A DNA stretch of 12,245 bases, taken from assembly GCA_038888155.1 (NCBI GenBank), contig JAWAJB010000030.1, positions 1-12,245 of the forward strand, written 5' to 3'. Both the position numbers and the translations under genes were made by a program. The notes beneath the pieces are model-generated. The model searched no databases, was not told where the DNA came from, and was given only the letters and a program-made list of their open reading frames with translations. Within the stretch, counting starts at the first letter, position 1. Each line of letters begins with the position of its first letter. Origin of the DNA: Desulfurococcaceae archaeon (GTDB taxonomy: Archaea > Thermoproteota > Thermoprotei_A > Sulfolobales > Desulfurococcaceae). Below, piece by piece: positions 7,504 through 12,245 of this stretch.

Positions 7504-7803
7504 AGAAGTAGGTCTGAAGGATCCGAAGGTTCCAGACTAAAGGAAGTATGCATGGAGCGATGGAAAGGCCCAGGCATTCCATCAGATCCATCAGATAGGC
7601 TGACGAGACTGCTAGGTGTCAAGCGAGTATCAAGGCGCTTACGTGAGGGTGCAGTTGATGAAGCTTAACGGCGATGCTTAGGTATTGCAATCCTTAGGTC
7701 TCACAATCTTCAGACCTAACCGAAAACTCCGCAGTCGCTCTTGAGGCTTTAGTAGGTTAAGGTAACCCTTCGATCAGGTATTAAGCTTTCAAAAAATAAT
7801 GGT

Positions 7804-8427
7804 CTACCCAGTTCCCGTCAGCAGTTGGAATAAGCTCACGTACTTTGTCTTGGTTACCTTCACATATTCGGTAACCGTTTTTGTCTTTTGAACATCTCTA
7901 TATTCGGTCACGGTTGTCTGGTAGCTCCAAGAGGCGGTTATATGAGGAACTTTATTTGTAAACCAAGAATATGTATTGTCAAGAACAAAGTAGTAGTAAT
8001 CTGAATGATCCGGCACGAAGCTATAATAGTAAGAGTTTACTCTTCTGGCGCTCACATACGCTGGGGCGGATTTTCCCTCTATCCACATGTTAAACCCTTT
8101 CTGGTCAAAGACGTAGAAGTTTATATCGTATCCAGCCGTTTCAACAACTACACCAGAGACGAGGTTCCTTTCCTTCCCTGATATGTCGATATAAATGCGA
8201 TAATAAAAGTAACGTCCAGCTGGAACTGTAGGTTTATCGTCAATGAGCATTTTGGAAGTTGTTTTGGTGACTTGATAGGGCTCTTTTTCCCAGTACGTCT
8301 CTGTTTTTTGGTGTGGCTCTGTAACTTCATACGTAACAGGAATTACAGGTAGAAACAACACAATAAGGAATATTACGACGGCCGTGACGGCCGCAAGCTT
8401 CTTATGAGGTTTTGGTTTGGCGGACAT
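7804..8427 (-). CDS. 207-aa membrane-anchored protein with a GOLD (emp24/p24-like) beta-sandwich domain
   Basis: Likely start MSAKPKPHKK (ATG 8427) followed by a TM helix. DINFYVFD...YSFVP...YYFVLDNTYSWFTNKV matches the GOLD-like pattern. TTTAAGCTTAAA TATA-like element at 8473-8484. Confidence 0.82.
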   Translation of the reverse strand: MSAKPKPHKKLAAVTAVVIFLIVLFLPVIPVTYEVTEPHQKTETYWEKEPYQVTKTTSKMLIDDKPTVPAGRYFYYRIYIDISGKERNLVSGVVVETAGYDINFYVFDQKGFNMWIEGKSAPAYVSARRVNSYYYSFVPDHSDYYYFVLDNTYSWFTNKVPHITASWSYQTTVTEYRDVQKTKTVTEYVKVTKTKYVSLFQLLTGTG

Positions 8428-8702
8428 CTTCGTTCCTTCGCCCTCTGCTTTGGAAACATGTGTAACGTGGTATTTAAGCTTAAAGGCTTGAAGAGACTCG
8501 TTGAGCTCATGAGTGAGTTTGCGTGCTTTTGTGTCGCTCCCTCTGTGCCTCCTGCTCAGCCAGCCAATGCGCAATAGTTCTTCAGCTCCTATCCTGATAC
8601 TTAGTAGGACCGAATCGCAGTCAATAGCTCACTACTCGACCCACTAACGCAGTTCATGTAGAGAGGGCTCCAATGATTGGAGGAGTTGGGACGGCTGGGA
8701 CA

Positions 8703-8748
8703 ATGAAGCTCATTGAAGGAGCTCATTCGCTCACCGAAATTTGAGAGC
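8703..8748 (+). repeat. Degenerate copy of the block preceding palindrome A
   Basis: 8703-8727 ATGAAGCTCATTGAAGGAGCTCATT matches 667-691 ATGAAGCTAGTTGAAGAGGCTCATT at 21/25 ungapped. It is followed by CTCACCGAAATTTGAG. Confidence 0.6.
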
Positions 8749-8876
8749 AAATAGCTCACCTCAATCAATAGAGCTCTCATCTAGACCCTTTCTAAGCTGT
8801 GCCCAGAACCTCTTAAGGAAGAATTGGAGAGTAGCTGTTGGTGAGTCGCATAGGTTGTAGGCAACCCGATCTCGTA

Positions 8877-9100
8877 TATCTTAAGAGGAAGTTGAAAGAA
8901 ATGGAAGAAAGAATCAAAAGCCTAGTCCAGAACACTCGTGGAGGAGATGCGAAGTCCTCAAGGGAGGATCGAATGGCGTAAACCTCGCTCACTTACATGT
9001 AGAAGGTGCATGAGTGAGCTTGTTCGATGAGCCTCTTAAGTTAGTCCTCAAAATAAGAGGGGATTACACGAAGATTGTCAAAAGCAGGTTCCAAGAGTAG
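8877..9100 (+). pseudogene. Possible frameshifted coding remnant
   Basis: Segments YLKRKLKEMEERIKSLVQ, LVEEMRSPQGRIEWRKP and LFDEPLKLVLKIRGDYTKIVKSRFQE* with frame changes between them. Composition evidence only. Confidence 0.3.
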
Positions 9101-9134
9101 CTGTGCTTAGGTGATGGAGATTTGCTGGTCTTGG

Positions 9135-9959
9135 TTACGTCGGTTTTGATTCGCTTTGTTTGAATAATGAATGAGGAGTTAACGTTCGGTATACGCGTTT
9201 GGCTGTAGGTTGCCATATTTCATTATATAGCCTTAACCCATAATTGTCAAAAGGAACTTCCTTAAACCTGCTAACGTCTTCAATCTTAACCTTTCGAAGT
9301 TTCGTACCCCGTAAAACAAAGACTGTTTTCCCCTTTTCTAACGCATACTTTACCTCACTTAATGTTCCGGGGCTCCATAGTATACCCTCTGCTTCAGCTA
9401 TTAAATTGCGTATTTCCCGGCAATACTCGGCCACCTCCTCATTAGAGGTTGATGGTGTGAGGTAGTCCAAGAATAATCTCTTGATGTTATCGTTCATTAT
9501 ATACCCATGCGCAACTATTATATCGCAATAGTCGATAAGACCATAACAAAAGTGCGGGAATGCTTTCTTTTTAAACATTTCACTTCTTACCCCTATGAGA
9601 AGGACATCACTAAACGTCTTGGGGTTAAAAAGAATGTCATGATCTACAACTACGCCAGACTTAAAAGCCCTCATGAATTCGTGAGCGATGCTTTCAGCGT
9701 CGGTTTCAGGAATTTTACTTTTATATTGCCTAACCAACTCCCCCATTTTACTAAACAAATTCCTCAGTTTTTCACGAGCATCTTTACCGATCGCACGATA
9801 TAACTGAGACCAATCACATATGTGATAAATTTTACCAAATTGTTTTCTTGCAAGCTCCTCCGTGAAATTTTCAACGCATGTCCCATAGGTTTCAATAGGG
9901 TGAGCATAGTAGATGATCTTGATTTTTCCAGCCTTTTCCTCCTTTCCTCCACTTAGCAT
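9135..9959 (-). CDS. Nucleoside 2-deoxyribosyltransferase-like (NDT/N-glycosidase flavodoxin-fold) protein with insertions
   Basis: KIIYYAHP first strand, LIDYCDIIVA, and WSPGTLSEVKYALEKGKTVFVL (SxGxxxExxxAxxxGKxV signature). Start uncertain: ATG 9959 is preferred, with CCTTAAAG about 35 bp upstream; the ORF extends to 10127. Confidence 0.78.
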   Translation of the reverse strand: MLSGGKEEKAGKIKIIYYAHPIETYGTCVENFTEELARKQFGKIYHICDWSQLYRAIGKDAREKLRNLFSKMGELVRQYKSKIPETDAESIAHEFMRAFKSGVVVDHDILFNPKTFSDVLLIGVRSEMFKKKAFPHFCYGLIDYCDIIVAHGYIMNDNIKRLFLDYLTPSTSNEEVAEYCREIRNLIAEAEGILWSPGTLSEVKYALEKGKTVFVLRGTKLRKVKIEDVSRFKEVPFDNYGLRLYNEIWQPTAKRVYRTLTPHSLFKQSESKPT

Positions 9960-10153
9960 ATTTTGTTTTGAGGCAATTAGCACGCTTTGATCCTTTAAGG
10001 CCCTACCGTAAACTACACCCAGCTGTTCAGTTATAACGACCTCGCCCCCCATATGAGCTCCGTCCGTTGTCGGATAGTTAACATTTGCACATGACGCAGT
10101 TGGGCTGGCTAGTAGCCCTCGTAGCAAGGAGAGTCGTAGAGCATTTTTTAGCT

Positions 10154-10165
10154 GAAAAGTTAATA
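10154..10165 (+). promoter_or_regulatory. Putative BRE-TATA promoter GAAAAGTTAATA
   Basis: A purine-rich BRE plus TTAATA 32-43 bp upstream of GTG 10197. A G-rich SD-like run precedes the start. Confidence 0.5.
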
Positions 10166-10196
10166 GCGAGAAGGGAAGAATAAATATGGGGGGCGC

Positions 10197-10787
10197 GTGA
10201 AGAAAGCTTTAGTTTTAACCCTAATATTGGCCTTCATAGGCTCAGCCTTTGCCATTGCCACAAACTGGCATATGCTCGCCGAGATTGTCGGAGTTGTCAA
10301 GCCGCCTTCATCAAGGTTAATCCCGATCAGGATTGATTTAGGGACATTGCAGCCAGCTCAGAAGTTCGACCTATGCGTAAACACCACGTTAACTTGTAAC
10401 GGAAACTTCAACGTTTCAAAGCTCATCATAGCCATCCCATCTTCAGCAAGCGAATGGTACGCTATGGCGGGCGGATTTAAAGACCTCTACTTGAAGGTCA
10501 CCATAGATGTGACAACGCTTGGTCTGCCAGACATTCCAGTTGTTGCTAATGGGTCTTCAGCTATAAATCCCGGCTCGGATTCAGCCTATTGGAAGTTCGA
10601 GTTTCAGGACGCATCTTACAGCTACTATTCTTATAAGGGAGGCGGAAGCTGGAACCCTCGAATATGGAATCCGCTTAGGCCTGGAGACCACATCGTTTGC
10701 GTTTGTGTTATGGGCGAAACGTCTACCCCAGCTCAACAAGTAAACTTCCGCATAACTTTGTACCTAGAAATAAGCCCAGTCTCTTAA
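10197..10787 (+). CDS. Secreted/surface hypothetical protein, beta-rich (196 aa)
   Basis: Signal peptide MKKALVLTLILAFIGSAFA. IDLGTLQP motif, N-glycosylation sequons (NTT, NVS, NGS), terminal beta-strand VNFRITLYLEI. Confidence 0.82.
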   Translation: MKKALVLTLILAFIGSAFAIATNWHMLAEIVGVVKPPSSRLIPIRIDLGTLQPAQKFDLCVNTTLTCNGNFNVSKLIIAIPSSASEWYAMAGGFKDLYLKVTIDVTTLGLPDIPVVANGSSAINPGSDSAYWKFEFQDASYSYYSYKGGGSWNPRIWNPLRPGDHIVCVCVMGETSTPAQQVNFRITLYLEISPVS

Positions 10788-10802
10788 CGTAGAAGCGATT
10801 TG

Positions 10803-10919
10803 ATGACTTCGGCGACCAGAGGCTTCCTCGTAGGACTCGGGCTTTGCCTACTCTCAGTCAGCCTTGGAGCTTCAACAGCCCTAGATCAGTTTACAGCTAA
10901 ATCATGGGTGAAGAGATGA
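10803..10919 (+). CDS. Putative 38-aa hydrophobic peptide, or truncated secreted-protein N-terminus
   Basis: MTSATRGFLVGLGLCLLSVSLGASTALDQFTAKSWVKR*. It starts 15 bp after the upstream stop and is below the ORF-track cutoff. Confidence 0.35.
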   Translation: MTSATRGFLVGLGLCLLSVSLGASTALDQFTAKSWVKR

Positions 10920-10925
10920 GGTTGA

Positions 10926-11468
10926 GGAGATGTACACCATCACGCACTCCCAGTATATCGAGGCTTTTTAGATGAGCTTCTATCAAGCAATTATCTAGCA
11001 CACGCTAGAAGGGATGTAAGTGAGCGTGAAAGCGAAGATCATGTAGCAATGAAGATCTTGGCAATTAAGGACTTGCATGAGAGGTTCAACGTTAAGCTTG
11101 ATGACATGATCTGCACCTATGAAGTTGGGGATGAGATAGTAGCGGACATTTATGTACGTAGTAAGGCATTGGCGATTGAATGTGAAACGATGCTCGGCAC
11201 TGCTCCAGCACCCCTCCTCAAAATCTTTGAGTCGGTCAGGAAGTATATCGAACGACCTTTAAAGCCGGACGCGCCTGTTAATGAGATTTGGATCATAGTC
11301 CGTAACTGGCCAGCTGTGTTACATCTAGGTGACTTATTCTGGGCTGAAAACGTTTTGAGAAAGGAACTAAAGCAGTACGGCAAGAAAGTGAAATTCTTAG
11401 TTCCAGATATTTATAGAAAATCACTTGTAGCAATAGATGACGTTAGGAGCGATTTGTCGAAGTCGTGA
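10926..11468 (+). pseudogene. N-terminally truncated or frameshifted PD-(D/E)xK-superfamily nuclease-like domain
   Basis: The frame is open from 10926 with no start codon until 11049: ...FLDELLSSNYLAHARRDVSERESEDHVAMKILAIK...IVADIYVRSKALAIECETMLG...EIWIIV. The ESxxH..K helix lies upstream of the called ATG. Confidence 0.7.
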
Positions 11469-11678
11469 TCTATGACTCTAATCCTTGCTTTAAAGTGGGT
11501 TCTTGAAGATGAAGAGGAATCGTCATCCTCTCCGGCTCTAAGTTTACTGCGGGTCCAGTCAGCTATGAGACTAGAAAGGTGTACTCAACCATCTTTGAAG
11601 CTCCATTAAGGTACTTAAAGTTCCTAAAAGGAGTTGCGAGCATATCTTCCTAAGGCTTCCATTATCGAGGTCCTTGCT

Positions 11679-12245
11679 TTAATGGTATCCTCTTGATAGC
11701 CTTACTCGCTCGTATGGTGTTGTTATCACGTATCTTCTTCCTCGCGTTACTACTACGTCGTGGTTCTCTAGTGCTTTGAGTACTTGTTTTGCCTGCTCTA
11801 TTGTTATTGATGCTTTCTTGGCTAGTAGCTTTGTGACTGTTGTTTTGGGGACCTCCTTGCCCTTCTCGTAGAATATGTTCCAAAGCTTTCCAGCTACCAC
11901 CTTGGCGTCTATGCTTGGTGGAAGCTCCCCCCTCTCGATTGCTATCTTGAGTTCAACCTCCAAGTCTGATCTCGTCGGTAAGCCTCGCTCCTCGTACCAA
12001 GCCATCTCTCTTAGTAGCTCTCTTTCCTCTTGTCTTAGCAGTCTGTATGCCAGCTTGTTCCTATAAGTTGTATACGACAGTAGTGCCACTTGATCCGTCA
12101 TTAGTATCCAGCATAACTTTAGTGCTTCGTCCTCGCTTATTTTCAAGTTCTTCTTTAAGTGATCGTGGAGCTTTTTCTCTGTTAGGACGTCTTTACCTGC
12201 TTCTTTGAAAGCTTTTAGCGTTATTTCTTCAAGTTGGCTAATTGT
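11679..12245 (-). CDS. Partial (5' end outside window) hypothetical protein with winged-helix-like repeats
   Basis: Frame open to the edge (TISQLEEITLKAFKEAGKDVLTEKKLHDHLKKNLKISEDEALKL...). The C-terminal VPKTTVTKLLAKKASITIEQAKQVLKALENHDVVVTRGRRYVI resembles a wHTH. Confidence 0.8.
   Translation of the reverse strand, partial: TISQLEEITLKAFKEAGKDVLTEKKLHDHLKKNLKISEDEALKLCWILMTDQVALLSYTTYRNKLAYRLLRQEERELLREMAWYEERGLPTRSDLEVELKIAIERGELPPSIDAKVVAGKLWNIFYEKGKEVPKTTVTKLLAKKASITIEQAKQVLKALENHDVVVTRGRRYVITTPYERVRLSRGYH

Noticed and set aside
7453-7668. 71-aa ORF spanning palindrome D
   Set aside because: No recognisable domain, and it contains short tandem duplications. At most a degraded relic.
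8428-8574. N-terminal 49 aa of the 256-aa ORF
   Set aside because: It runs through a TATA-like element, and the membrane-anchor N-terminus begins at ATG 8427.
9135-10200. Retron (NDT effector plus msr-msd)
   Set aside because: No reverse transcriptase in the window and no a1/a2 inverted repeats or long hairpin seen.
9244-12066. Short ORFs 9244-9465, 9507-9803, 9764-9952, 11150-11383, 11662-11883 and 11875-12066 (also 51-287, 1728-1925, 8148-8330)
   Set aside because: Each overlaps a better-supported gene in another frame or on the opposite strand.

Overview
Archaeal-looking accessory region: archaeal BRE/TATA and SD signals, AGG/ATA codons, PGF-pre-PGF and CFI-box-CTERM surface domains. It runs from the 3' end of a DNA2/NAM7-type SF1 helicase (left edge) to a partial winged-helix-like gene (right edge). 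Between them lie unrelated single genes in mixed orientation: a putative metal-dependent hydrolase, a 1014-aa multidomain surface protein, a small membrane protein, a CxxC...YLGP protein resembling the N-terminal domain of SSV1-type integrases, a stalked GOLD-like membrane protein, a nucleoside-deoxyribosyltransferase-like protein, a secreted protein and a truncated PD-(D/E)xK nuclease. Several frameshifted remnants between them are missed by the ORF track. The main unexplained signal is a ~20-27 bp palindrome, consensus CATAYCC-N6-GGGTATG, found four times. The copies form two nested direct-repeat pairs with matching 6-bp spacers (695/7484 AATTTT; 5724/7026 AGATTT), and two of them bracket the CxxC-YLGP gene. 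This suggests a dif-like cassette recombination system or an operator network. All family calls come from motif recognition by eye; no searches were run.
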